Notes under the pieces: generated by a model
Database searches by the model: none
What the model was told of the DNA's origin: nothing
The model's input: the letters and a program-made list of their open reading frames with translations, nothing else
Position numbers and translations under genes: made by a program
In this document: positions 10,948-22,211 of the stretch, in pieces
Numbering within the stretch: the stretch's first letter is position 1
Layout of the letters: every line of letters begins with the position of its first letter
Source: Selaginella moellendorffii
Lineage: Eukaryota > Plantae > Lycopodiophyta
Reading direction: 5' to 3'
DNA: 64,000 nt
Assembly (NCBI RefSeq): GCF_000143415.4
Contig: NW_003314281.1
Location: forward strand, 1,899,882 to 1,963,881

Positions 10948-13916
10948 TTAATCTCCATCGCCAGGCACCATTCCAAAAGTCAAGGGATCAGATGTTTCTG
11001 CCTGTTAAGATAGAGATGATTTGAGTAACATGTAATAAGAGTAAGGCTCACCTCCAGAAGCTGATCCTCCAGCCCATGTTGTCTGGACGAGCCAAAAGAA
11101 TTTGTGATCCAGTCCCTACGGATGATTCGGAGCTTGCCTTCCTGTTATTTGTGCATTAGGCCGAGTCATCCATCTCAAGGAAAGTTGCCGAACCTTTGTG
11201 CCGTAAACAAGCCCTCCGCCAACTCGAGGATGAAAGCACGCTACATTAACTTCATCTTCAGCACTTGGGAGAACTCGCACTAGTTTCAAATCTGATATTC
11301 TATAAATCTGAGAAACAAAAGGAAAATTTCAATGGAGTCCAAAAAACAGAGAGCGCAAACCTCGAGTATTGTATATACAGGAATCGTAGTTGTTCCATCC
11401 AACACGATGCTCCTCAAGAGTGAGCCGTGACGTCGACCATAGGCCAAAAGTATATGACCAGATGTGGGAGAGAACTGCAATAAGAATTCATGTTATGAAA
11501 ATAAAAAAGAGAGGAACAAAAAGAAAGAAGAGCGTTTAATGGGGAAGAAAAGAACCTGTATTGAAGTTAAGCAGTGTGCTGCACGGACAGCCTTAGAAGC
11601 GAGTACTTCTCCAAACCTGTAAAGAGCAATTAGGAAACAAACTCCTTCAAGATTCACTTACGTGGCCTCTTCCAAAGAGTAGATCCGCAGCTCGTATATA
11701 ACTTGCTGAGTAGAAATTGGATGTTGTGTAGGAGACTGCACTGAAAATCCAGGGCCACCAGGACCATTTGTTCGACCCTGCGCAGGCTCGGCTTCCGGTG
11801 GTAACACACAAGCAACACAAGCGGCGAGAAAACGGCCGCATGGTGAGAAATGTGTACCCATCTCACTACGTAGACAATAGAAAGGTTAGTCCACAAAAAC
11901 AGAACGGGAAAAAAGCGAAAACACAGAAAGTGAAAGAAGAAAAACCAAAAAACGAACCTGCATAATACCGCATGAGGAATGGTCAATTTACACGTCTCCG
12001 GATCAAGAAGCGCACTGGGTTGCTTGATGTCGTGCGGCCAAAGCTTCAACTTTACTGTACAAGGAAGCTCTGCTGCTGTTGCTGCGGTGACGGCAGCTTC
12101 AGCAACACCGAAACCAGTAAACTGAGGTCTGCTAACTCCCTGAGCACGATGTTGCGTCCGTCCTTCAGCTGCATTCCGGCCACCTCTCCGCGTACCAGAT
12201 GGTTCGGGCGGTTGAGGTTGATGTTGCGGTTCACCTTCGTTTTCCGGCTGGTCATAACGTACCCAGCCTTGAAGAAACGGGTCCAGCACCACAGGTTCGG
12301 TCACATGAAGAAAGCGTGGCAAGTGTGTTTGTCCGGTCATTGAATATGCCTGAATGTTTGGGAACAATCCAATCGGCCAGATTCCCGAGCCAGTGCCAAC
12401 TTCCACCGCTTCTTCCTGTCTTCTAGCTACCGGAACCAATGGCACTCGCAAAGCACTAGCGCCACCAAAAGAAATGTTCTCCACCTGGCCAGTTGCTGCT
12501 TCAGGAAGTACGAGAGGATCCCAGGGGCCGCCAACAACCGTAGGACTCACCCTGCCTGTCTCCGAAACTAAACCTGGAGTTTCCACTGGATCCATGCCAT
12601 CTGAAGGTGGTGGTACCGCAGCATTCGATGGTCTGGGAGAAATATCCATTGGAGCAGTCGTGGTTAGAGACTCCCGTTGCACTTGGGCATCGCCAGTCCA
12701 TATCCAGTTTTGAGGGGCAGCACCACCAGGATGCGAATAATGTAGTTCCGTATAAGGATACACTTGGTACTCCCTCGATGTGGCGACGGACATAGGACAG
12801 TCTGGTGAATCCAGATCATTCACCTAGAAAGAAAAACCGTAAGACGCGTTTTTAAGAGGAGAAAGAAAGTATCACCTCCGCAGTTAGTACAAGGGGCGCT
12901 GCTAGCGGGTGAAAATGTACTGCACGAAGCGATCGACGTGTGCGAAGAACGATATTTGGACATGCTGCATCACCTTCTTTCGTATATTGCCAAATGTAAA
13001 GCTAAATATCGAAACATTAGAATGGTATGCTAAAGAAATTAGAAGGTAGAACCTTATGTCCGGAAGCAACTGCGAGTAAATCCCCTCGTGCGTGAAATGC
13101 TAGAGACGCAATAGGCCGGTCTGAAAGGAAAAAACCAGCTATTAGAAACAAAACTTCCATGCGAATGCTTACAAAAATCCCGAGATGCAACACATTCTGC
13201 AGTGTTAGCGTTCCAAAGACGAACTTCATAGTCCAAACTACCGCTTGCTAGCACTTCAGGGCTGCTAGGATGAAAACGGACCTGCATGTAAGTAGGTAGA
13301 AAAGATCCATGCTATGGAAAAGAACGTCCATAACATACCACCCACGGCGTTCTTCGGTGTCCGCTCAACACTTTAAGGCATTGGCCGCTTTGACAGCATA
13401 TAATTTTCACGGTATGATCGCCACTGCAAGAGTGTTGTCAAGACAAAGAAGTCGACAAAGAGATTTACTCACTGTGTTGATGCTAAAGTCAATCCATCCG
13501 GACTGAAGGCTGCAGCAATAGTTGACCTTGGTGCCGGCACCAAAGAACAATACTTCGCAATAGAGTGCTTGAACGACTCAGCTTCCAGCCTAAGAGCAAA
13601 TCTCAGGAATTCAGTAAGTTGTTTGTAGCAAAGTCATCAACTCACCAGTTAACTAGAGCATGTTTGGCGTTTGTAGTTTCGCGAGAATGCCCATGGCATT
13701 TACTGGAAGATGCAGCTGTATCCCTCCACAACCTTTTCGAAGGTCTTCTTACGCTTGGCGAAATCTGTCTCCAATCAAGCATACGCAAAACATTGTCCGC
13801 TCTAAGTAGAGAGAAAGAACACTGTTAGAAACAAATAAACATAAGAAATTCTTACAAGTTCTTTGACTGGCACTGTGAGCACGACGATGCCTGCGATCCA
13901 GACACTCCTGCCGCAT
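10948..13916 (-). CDS. AMBRA1-like WD40 repeat protein (DCAF-type), multi-exon
   Basis: PRSTIAAAFSPDG..LASTH, KCLSGHRRTPWVVRFHP, LASGSLDYEVRLW, ELPCTVKLKLW, HFSPCGRFLAAC, NVACFHPRVGGGLVYGTKEG; start exon tentative. Confidence 0.88.
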
Positions 13917-14378
13917 TATTTTCAAAGCAGGAGGACACCATCCCCACCCCGTCCAAGCTACATACGTAACACTAGAGTTGCTACACTATCACAGCGCGCG
14001 CAGAATTCCCTTGCATTCTCCGGAAATCCCCGATCACAGACCTGGAATCCATGCCTCGGAGCTCTCAAATCCGATGCCCGGTAAAATCTAAGCTTCCAGA
14101 GCCCCGGAATCTGGAAATCCATCGCAAAATCTGTGCCGGCGCCCCGGCGCGCCGCCCATACCGCGCCATACACTGATCCCTAAGCGTCACGATCTTACGC
14201 TACCACTCCCGTGCCCTAAAATCGTACTTCTGGCTATGGCGAAAATGCATAATGCCGATCTAAGCCGCCGATTTGAATTAAATCGAACGGCCATGATTCG
14301 GTTTTGCGCCAACGGCCCCGATACCCGCGTAATTTCTTTTGTAGCTAACGCGGTTTAGGGTTTCATCGGATCTCTCTC

Positions 14379-14437
14379 AGGAAGATCTTGGAGAGCTTGA
14401 GCGCTAGGAAGATCTGGAGAGTTTGAGCGCTAGGAAG
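14379..14437. repeat. Tandem duplication (~27 bp x2) just upstream of the PPR gene
   Basis: aggaagatcttggagagcttgagcgct / aggaagatctggagagtttgagcgct / aggaag. Confidence 0.7.
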
Positions 14438-14491
14438 GAAGGTCTGGAAATCTCTCCAGATGAAACGGAGGAGATTTAGAAAAGAGGGCAA

Positions 14492-16378
14492 ATGGAAAGA
14501 CGAGCGAGCTTGTGCTCACAGATTCGCTCATGCGACACCGCAGCCGCGGTGGAGAAGATTCACTGTGACATTGGCGAATCGGTCCTCTCCGACGTCTTTG
14601 TCGCAAATCTCCTCATCAAGAAGTATGGAGAGTGCGGTAGCCTCGAGAAATCGAGGGAGATTTTTGACCAGATCCCGAGCTCCTCCAGGAGTCGAAACAT
14701 ACACACCTGGATCGCGCTGCTATCCGCATACGTGCACTGCCAGGATCTGCGAGAAACCAAACGGATCTTCGATAGAATGCCCGAGTGGAACCTGGTCGCC
14801 TGGACGATTCTACTCGTTGCCTACGCTGGCAGCGGCGATCTCCAGGAGGCTGATCGAGTGTTTAGATCGATGCAAGAGAGGGATCTCGTTGCCTGGAATG
14901 GGATCCTATCAGCATCTGCCACTGCTGGGCACTTTGCTCGTGTCCAAAACATCTTCCAAAGCATGCCAGAGAGGGATCTAGTTTCCTGGAATTGCATGCT
15001 AGCGGCATATTCCCGTGACACGAATATGCAAGATTTGGAGCGAATCTTCCGGACAATGCCTGCTTGGAACATGGTATCCTGGGCGACAATGCTGGCAGCA
15101 TATTCCCGGACAGGGGATCTATTATCATGTAAATGTTTGTACGAGGCTATGCCTGAGAGAGATTCCTTTTCTTCCACAACGATGCTAGCGCTTTTAGAGG
15201 AAAAAGGCTACCTAGATCTAGCTCAACGACTATTTGCTTCCATGAAAGAGCGGAGTCTAGTAACTTGGACAGTCATGGTTACAGCATATGCCCGGAGAGG
15301 GCATATTGATTTTACTGTAGAGTTCTTCAACAAAGCCCCGGAGCTGGATCGAATCCTGTGCACTACAATGATCGCCGCTTTTTCAGAGGCTGGATTTATC
15401 GATAGAGCAAGTGAAATCTTCCACAAGATGCTCGAGAGAGATCTATGCGCTTGGACTACCATGCTCGAAGGATTTGCCCTAAATGGGGATCTTGGAATGG
15501 CAAACTTATGCTACCAATCCCTCCCCGCTCTAGACGTGGTGTCGTGCAATGCCATGATCGCTGCGTACGGCACCCACGGCCTCACAGGCAAAGCCAAACA
15601 TTTGTACGACTCCATGCCCGTACAGAGCGTGGCATCCGCGACGCTCATGGTAGCGGCATATTCCCATTGCGGGAATGTGGAGGCGGCAAGGTGGGTGTTT
15701 GAAGAGTGGTCAGGCGTTCGAGACCCAGGGCTCTCTAACGCGATGCTGTATGGTTACTTGAATTGCGGGTATGTGGAAGAGGGCGAGCTCCTCTTCGCTG
15801 CGATGGAGGAGGGCCATCGCGATTCGTTCTCATGGAGCACGATGATCACCGGGCTGGCCCGGAATGGGGATTTCAAGCGCGCGGCAGCGATCTTTGCTAG
15901 GGTTAGCGAGCGGGGATTGGTGCTGTCGACGGCGATGCTGCGCGCCTATTCGGGGTATGGATCCGTGGAGGCTGCCAGGAAGATCTTCGAGGCAATGCAG
16001 GATTACGACGTCATTCTCTGGAACTCGATGATTCTCGCCTACGCGCAGAACGGCCGATTGCCCGAGGCGATGGGGCTTTTTAGGCTCATGAATCTTGGCG
16101 GCCAGGCGCCCGACGAGAGCTCCTTTGTCACGATCATCGCCGGATGCAGCCATTTCGGTGTGATCGACGACGGCAATAGGTTCTTTCTCTCGCTCCAGCA
16201 AGATTTCCATCTCCAGGCATCCAAGATTCTCTACAGCGCCATGGTCGATCTCCTCCAGCGCGGAGGGTATCTAGCAGATGCCCAGGAGCTCCTTGCGAAA
16301 TTGCCGCTTCTTCCGGCGCCAACGCGGCAGTGGCGTGTCGCAGGCCGCTTGTGCCACGTCTGCACTCCACGTCGGTAA
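14492..16378 (+). CDS. PLS-class pentatricopeptide repeat protein, mostly 31-aa short motifs; degenerate E domain, no DYW
   Basis: Intronless 628-aa ORF with repeating (xFxxMPERDLVSWNxMLAAY) units and a terminal P2-L2-S2 (PDESSFVTIIAGCSHFG...YSAMVDLL). Confidence 0.92.
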   Translation: MERRASLCSQIRSCDTAAAVEKIHCDIGESVLSDVFVANLLIKKYGECGSLEKSREIFDQIPSSSRSRNIHTWIALLSAYVHCQDLRETKRIFDRMPEWNLVAWTILLVAYAGSGDLQEADRVFRSMQERDLVAWNGILSASATAGHFARVQNIFQSMPERDLVSWNCMLAAYSRDTNMQDLERIFRTMPAWNMVSWATMLAAYSRTGDLLSCKCLYEAMPERDSFSSTTMLALLEEKGYLDLAQRLFASMKERSLVTWTVMVTAYARRGHIDFTVEFFNKAPELDRILCTTMIAAFSEAGFIDRASEIFHKMLERDLCAWTTMLEGFALNGDLGMANLCYQSLPALDVVSCNAMIAAYGTHGLTGKAKHLYDSMPVQSVASATLMVAAYSHCGNVEAARWVFEEWSGVRDPGLSNAMLYGYLNCGYVEEGELLFAAMEEGHRDSFSWSTMITGLARNGDFKRAAAIFARVSERGLVLSTAMLRAYSGYGSVEAARKIFEAMQDYDVILWNSMILAYAQNGRLPEAMGLFRLMNLGGQAPDESSFVTIIAGCSHFGVIDDGNRFFLSLQQDFHLQASKILYSAMVDLLQRGGYLADAQELLAKLPLLPAPTRQWRVAGRLCHVCTPRR

Positions 16379-16860
16379 AGCTTTGCCACGCCTGCGCGAA
16401 TATCTCGGAGAGGATATTCTGCCGCGTGTCCTTTGGAGCGCCAAAGGTTGCTACACAGGAAGGCCACGCGGATTCTTTTTTCGTTGGGCAGATTGATTGA
16501 TGCGCTCACTTCCAAGATGATGATGGTCATTGGGCGCGGCCTCCTCCGGTGATTTCCATTTCCTCCACTCAACGCATTCCACCAGTCCAGAAGAGTTCTG
16601 GGACAAAAAAAGGGAGCGTGTTTATAGCGGTGCATTAGGGGAAAGGTTTAGGTCAACCAGGGGTTTGCTTCTCCGCTTGAGCAGGGAGGCGTCTCTAGAA
16701 GTCGCCAAGAGAAGGTCTGTGTCTGCCTGGATTGGTTTCTTCGCGGAAAAATCCCATTTTTCTGACTAAAAGCTCTTTCTTTTTGTTTGGCAGGAAGCCC
16801 GGAGGAGGGGGAGGAGGAGTAGCACTAAAAGCAGCAGCAGCGGCAGGAGGAGGAAGCTCA

Positions 16861-19015
16861 ATGGGGTCGAATGCGACGAACTGGAAGCTGGAGGCGCATC
16901 CGAACATGCCCAAAGGCAAGATTTTGGCCATGATTGTGTTGGACGGATGGGGGGAGCAAATCAAGGACGAGTACAATGCGATCCATGTCGCTCCCACTCC
17001 ATGCATGGATTCGTTCCGCGAGGTAAAAGCGCTTTTTGGATCCGGATCTCGATCGATTGATCTTGTTGCTTTTTTTCTTTTAGACCGCCCCCGATCGGTG
17101 GAGACTTGTCAAGGCGCATGGACCTGCCGTCGGCCTTCCAACCGAGGATGACATGGGAAATAGTGAGGTTGGTCACAATGCTTTGGGAGCGGGACGTATT
17201 TTTGCTCAAGGGTATTTTGTAGAGCTTCTCTCGTGAGCTTTCTCACAGTTTTTTTGTTCTTCCCATTTCAGTGCGAAGCTCGTCGACTCGGCTATTGCAA
17301 CCGGGAAGCTGTTTAAGGGAGAGGGGTTCAATCACATCAAGGAGGCTTTTCCTACTGGTACCCTCCATCTCATTGGATTGTTGAGTGATGGTGGTGTCCA
17401 TTCTAGATACGACCAGCTTCAGGTTTCTTCTTCTTTCTTTCGCTTTTCTGTGTGGGGTATTGACTCTCGATTTGCAGGGTTTGATGAAAGGGGCCGTGGA
17501 AAATGGCTGCAAGAGACTTCGCGTGCATGCTCTTACGGATGGACGTGATGTTCTTGACGGGACGAGTTTTAAGTTTTTGGAGATGCTAGAGAACGATCTA
17601 AAGGAACTACGTGAGAAGGGGTGCGACGCCCAAGTTGCATCTGTTGGTGGGCGTATGTACGTGACCATGGACAGATACGACGTATGTGTTTTCCTCTCTC
17701 TCTCTCTCTCTTTTGCTTCTCTCTTTTATCCCTGTTTAACTTGTGTTGCTCTCCAGAATGATTGGAACGTCGTGAAACGAGGCTGGGATGCTCAAGTGTT
17801 GGGTGAAGCACCTCATAAGTTCACGAATGCACTTGAAGGGCTGAAGAAGCTCAAAGAAGCGGACCCCAAGTTCAATGACCAGTACTGTCCCGCGTTCGTC
17901 ATCGTTGACGAGGCGGGCAAACCCGTTGGACCGATAGTTGATGGTGACGCCGTTGTCACCATCAACTTCCGTGCCGATCGGATGATCATGCTTGCAAAGG
18001 CTTTAGAGTGGGAGAAGTTCGATAAGTTTGATCGTGTTCGTGTTCCAAAGATTCGGTACGCGGGCATGCTACAGTATGATGGCGAGTTGAAACTTCCCAC
18101 GAAGTATTTAGTTGATCCCCCGGAAATTGACAGAACCTCTGGTGAGTTTTTGGTAAAGAACGGCGTCCGGACTTTCGCTTGCAGGTAAGATTTACTCTTC
18201 TTTGCAATGTATCCGCTACTAAACTGTCTCTTTGCAGCGAGACTGTGAAGTTCGGGCATGTCACATTTTTCTGGAACGGAAACAGGTCTGGCTATTTTGA
18301 TAACAAGCTGGAAGAGTACGTTGAGATTCCTAGCGATTCTGGCATCACTTTCAACGAGCAGCCAAAGATGAAAGCCTTGGAAATCGGTGAGAAGGCGCGG
18401 GACGCCATTCTCAGCAAAAAGTTTGATCAGGTAACTCCAAAGTTTGAATCGTGCCATCGTATTCTTTCTCTTCTTAGATAAGGGTTAATTTACCCAATGG
18501 TGACATGGTTGGTCACACTGGAGATCTCAAGGCGACCATTGTGGCTTGTGAAGCGGCCGATAAGGCTGTTAAGGTGAAGTTCCTTGCATTTTTATTTTCT
18601 GTGTCAGACGATGTTTTTCTTTTTTGTTCTTGCAGCTCATGGTTGATGCTATTGAACAAGTTGGCGGAATTTTCGTGATAACCGCTGACCATGGAAACGC
18701 GGAAGACATGGCAAAGAGGAACCCCAAAACTGGGGAGCCTATCAAGGACAAGGACGGAAACATTCAAATCCTCACATCTCACACCTGTGCTCCGGTAAGC
18801 TTCGTAACTTCGTAGTAGTGATCTTTGAGCCTCACTTAAACCATGGTCACCAGGTTCCATTTATTATCGGCGGGCCTGGATTGGCAAAAGAGATAAAATT
18901 GAGGAAGGATTTGCCTACGGCAGGACTTGCAAACGTTGCTGCGACGGTGATGAATTTGCATGGTCTTGTAGCGCCGTCGGACTATGAGCCTTCTATGGTG
19001 GAGTGGGTCCAGTAA
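16861..19015 (+). CDS. iPGAM: 2,3-bisphosphoglycerate-independent phosphoglycerate mutase (multi-exon)
   Basis: [88 protein letters not shown]. Confidence 0.97.
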
Positions 19016-20871
19016 CCATATTAACCCCCCTTGATTGGACAAATGAGATTTTATATAAAACTATCAATAAAAGAAGAGTTCGTTTATTTGATGGTTCTTT
19101 TTGGATATTTGTTTTCTACTACAACTTTCATCATTTACTTGCATTAACTGTATTTAGATTGATCAAGTGCCTGTTGTACAATTCATGGAATCTCATTCTT
19201 ATTATGAAGTTTCAAAGGCAGCTCACATTTTTTGATTTAGAAGAAACGAGATTAAAGCATTTTTTTAGAGTTATCTATAATAATAAGAACGAAGAAATCC
19301 AGACCCCCGCAGCCGTCCGATCCCAGGCCCGGGGCAGCCTCGGAAGCCATGGTTCTCGGAAAGGGGAGGCCAGCCCAGGCTCGGGCCAGGGCGGGTGGCT
19401 ATGGTTAGTGGGAATATCGGCTCAATGTTGTGGCGGCCAATGGGCAGGATGCACGCGTGGCTGGGAAAGGAAGAGGGCGTGGTGACAGGCGTTATGCCAT
19501 GCACTCCTAGGGCTCCATGGCTGCTCTGGTTGGACACGGTTGTGTGGGCGAGTAGAATGGTAGTCGAGCACACAATCCAAGACTGTGAGAGGCAAATTGG
19601 CTCATCTCCAACTCAGCAAAGCTTTGATCCCTGTTCGCCACTGCCTCACGAGCTCTTTGGCCTGCAGGAAAGCAATTATCAAGGACACTCCCTCTTCATC
19701 CCCGGATTCTCTCGAGGAATCCCTTGCTGCTGGGCCTGGTGAGGGATTTTTGTTTCAGCACATGCTCGGGATCAACTCCGTTTGTAGGAACCAGGTGTTT
19801 CGAGTTGACGTAGGGCTGTTGAGTGGCTGCGCCAGCCAACACTGCTCCTGAAGTTTTGGAAATCCGACATAGCACTGATGTCTGGGTTCACTTGAAAGAG
19901 AAGGAGAAGCAGAAGGCGCCACCGCAAGCATCGCCTGGTTTAGCTTCGTTTTAGATCGAGGTAAGTCGTAAGTTTGAATATCTTTGTATTCTATGATGAG
20001 ATTTTTTTTCTGTCCGATACTGCTTCTGTCGAATCTAAAATTTAGTTCCAGTTTCCGAGAGTTTGAGGGCCGGTTTCAACGATGCTGTGCTGGGATTCTG
20101 TGCCAGGTAACCTGATGCTGGTGTAGGAGCAGCACTTGGGGCTGCAGCTCAAAATTGCAAAGCTGTGGATTATGAGGCAGAGATTGGTAAACACAACATT
20201 GGAGTTATTTCGTTGTTCTTGAGTGTGCTTCGCAAAAGTCTAATATTTTCCTTTCAGATTATTACATAGTTGTGAAATTTATATATATCCTGCATTTCTA
20301 TTCTGCATAAACTTCTATACAAACTCAATTAAAAATATATATATATAATCAAACCTATAATCGAAGTGACTGAAAATGCCTCGCCTCCGCCATCTTTTGA
20401 GAACCATACGACATAGTAAACAATCTAATGGAGATTTAGATGCCTCTGAAACTATGATTGACCATGATACACATACTATAGCTGTTCAAAATAATCATGA
20501 TAATGATTCCATATACCAAAATATTAATCATGATAATGATTATATACAGCAATCAGTTGGACAGTTAAAAGCATCTGGAACCTTACATGCATGTCATTAT
20601 GATGATTACATATATCAAGCAATATTAAATCCACCACTCCCACCCATGAATACCACACTACCATAATGACTTTAACATAATAAATTTTAATATTGGTAGT
20701 TTATCATTTGTTTGTACTTTTTGTAATGCATTGCATTTTAAAGATGAAAACTCTTCAATGTGTTGCCAGAATAACCAAGTTATATTACCTCCAATTTCAC
20801 CTTTACCATTTGATTTACTTTCACTTTACAAGCAAAATAAGAACTCTAATTTTAAAAAAAATATTAGACAC

Positions 20872-21045
20872 TGTGAGGGCCAAGTGTACGGCTACGATGC
20901 CGTATACTAATATTAGCGTAGTGGATTTTGGTAGCCGTCGGATTGGTTTCAATCCGGACCACTCGCTCCTGTATATAAGCTAGGGTTTTTGGGTTAATTG
21001 ATATGCACATTTCTGTATTCCCTTTCCATATTCCATGCACTCACA
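20872..21045 (+). repeat. 5' LTR (174 bp, TGTGAG...CTCACA)
   Basis: Direct repeat of 25705-25879 with 6-bp inverted termini, a TATATAA box and a TAGGGTTT motif. Confidence 0.95.
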
Positions 21046-21046
21046 T

Positions 21047-21066
21047 TGGTGGAGGAGAGGGGCACC
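21047..21066 (+). promoter_or_regulatory. Primer-binding site (TGGTGGAGGAGAGGGGCACC), probably tRNA-Ala-like
   Basis: Starts with TGG 1 nt after the LTR; TGGTGGAG..G.GGGG partially matches the complement of a tRNA-Ala 3' end (tRNA identity inferred). Confidence 0.7.
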
Positions 21067-21278
21067 TTTGATTGTCCCTGGGGAGTGCTTGGATTTGGGA
21101 TTTCGGTTTAGATCTAGCTTTTGCATTATCTAGATCTAGCTTTTTCCATTTCCTTTTTTTTGTTCTTTCCTTTCAGGATTTTGGTTTAGATCTAGCTTTT
21201 TGCATTGTCTAGATCTACCATTTCTTTCCAGCTTTTTGTCATTTCTCTTCTTTTGCTCTTTCTTTCTCATTCATTTTC

Positions 21279-22211
21279 ATGGCCGATCCGCAATCTCCTC
21301 CTTTGACTCTAGAGCAGCAGTTGGTTCAATTGCTTGATGCTATGCGCCTGCAATTGAACAACCAAACTCAGTTGATGGCGGTGTTCACGGCACATGGTAC
21401 AACTCCTCCTGCTTTTGGTGCCAATCCTCGCGTTCGGCCGGAGTTCTTTCGTGGGAATCCTGGGGATGATGTGTACCATTGGTTCGATCACTTCACGGTG
21501 ATTGCCACATATCATTCTTGTGATGATGCTCGACGTTTGCGTGAGTTCCCCACATGTCTTCAAGGGATGGCATTGCAGTGGTACAATGGATTGAGCGCAG
21601 CTACTCGTGGCGATTGGAGTGTTCTTCCGGACGTCTTCAAACGCGCCTTCGGACACGCCGACGATTGTGATGATGCCTTCCAACAATTGCATCGTCTTCG
21701 CCAAGGGCCATCTGAGTCGGTGATGCAATTTGGCGTTCGTTTCCGAAGTCTTTTGCTTCGTGCGGAGCCAAATATGTCGGAGCGGATCAAGCTAGGAATG
21801 TTGTGGCCAGCACTTCGTCAAGATCTTGTTGGACTTGTGCATGCACTTGCTCCTGCCACTCTTGACGATGCTCTTCGCTTGGCACAACGTTATGAGACGT
21901 CGCCTCTTCCACTTCTTGCTACACGTCCTTCAGCTCCACTTCCTATGAGTGATGGTCCTGTTCCCATGGAGGTTGATGCTGCTGCTACTCGAGTCCAAGG
22001 ACAAGGGCGAGGACGTGGTCGTGGCCGTGATGTTCGTTGCTGGGCGTGTGATGAAGTTGGTCATACTTATCGGCGTTGTCGGCGCTTTCCGGATTGGCGA
22101 CCTTCATTTCCTGGGTGGAGACCTTGGCATCAGCAACGTCCTGTTGGTGCTGCTGCGGTGGAAGGTTTGGATACCGAGGTGCATTCGGGAAACGAGGAGT
22201 CACGCGAGTAA
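21279..22211 (+). CDS. gag: Retrotransposon Gag with CCHC zinc knuckle (intact ORF)
   Basis: PEFFRG, LQGMALQWY, LRQGPSESVMQF, PVPMEVD, CWACDEVGHTYRRC. Confidence 0.92.
   Translation: MADPQSPPLTLEQQLVQLLDAMRLQLNNQTQLMAVFTAHGTTPPAFGANPRVRPEFFRGNPGDDVYHWFDHFTVIATYHSCDDARRLREFPTCLQGMALQWYNGLSAATRGDWSVLPDVFKRAFGHADDCDDAFQQLHRLRQGPSESVMQFGVRFRSLLLRAEPNMSERIKLGMLWPALRQDLVGLVHALAPATLDDALRLAQRYETSPLPLLATRPSAPLPMSDGPVPMEVDAAATRVQGQGRGRGRGRDVRCWACDEVGHTYRRCRRFPDWRPSFPGWRPWHQQRPVGAAAVEGLDTEVHSGNEESRE

Noticed and set aside
19300-20210. GC-rich patch and exon-like fragments with a faint kinase-like string (TAPEVL...TDVW)
   Set aside because: Many stops and no other diagnostic motifs; cannot assign a family.
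20376-20666. 96-aa ORF with repeated NHDND
   Set aside because: AT-rich low-complexity sequence from a short tandem duplication next to the LTR; no recognisable domain.
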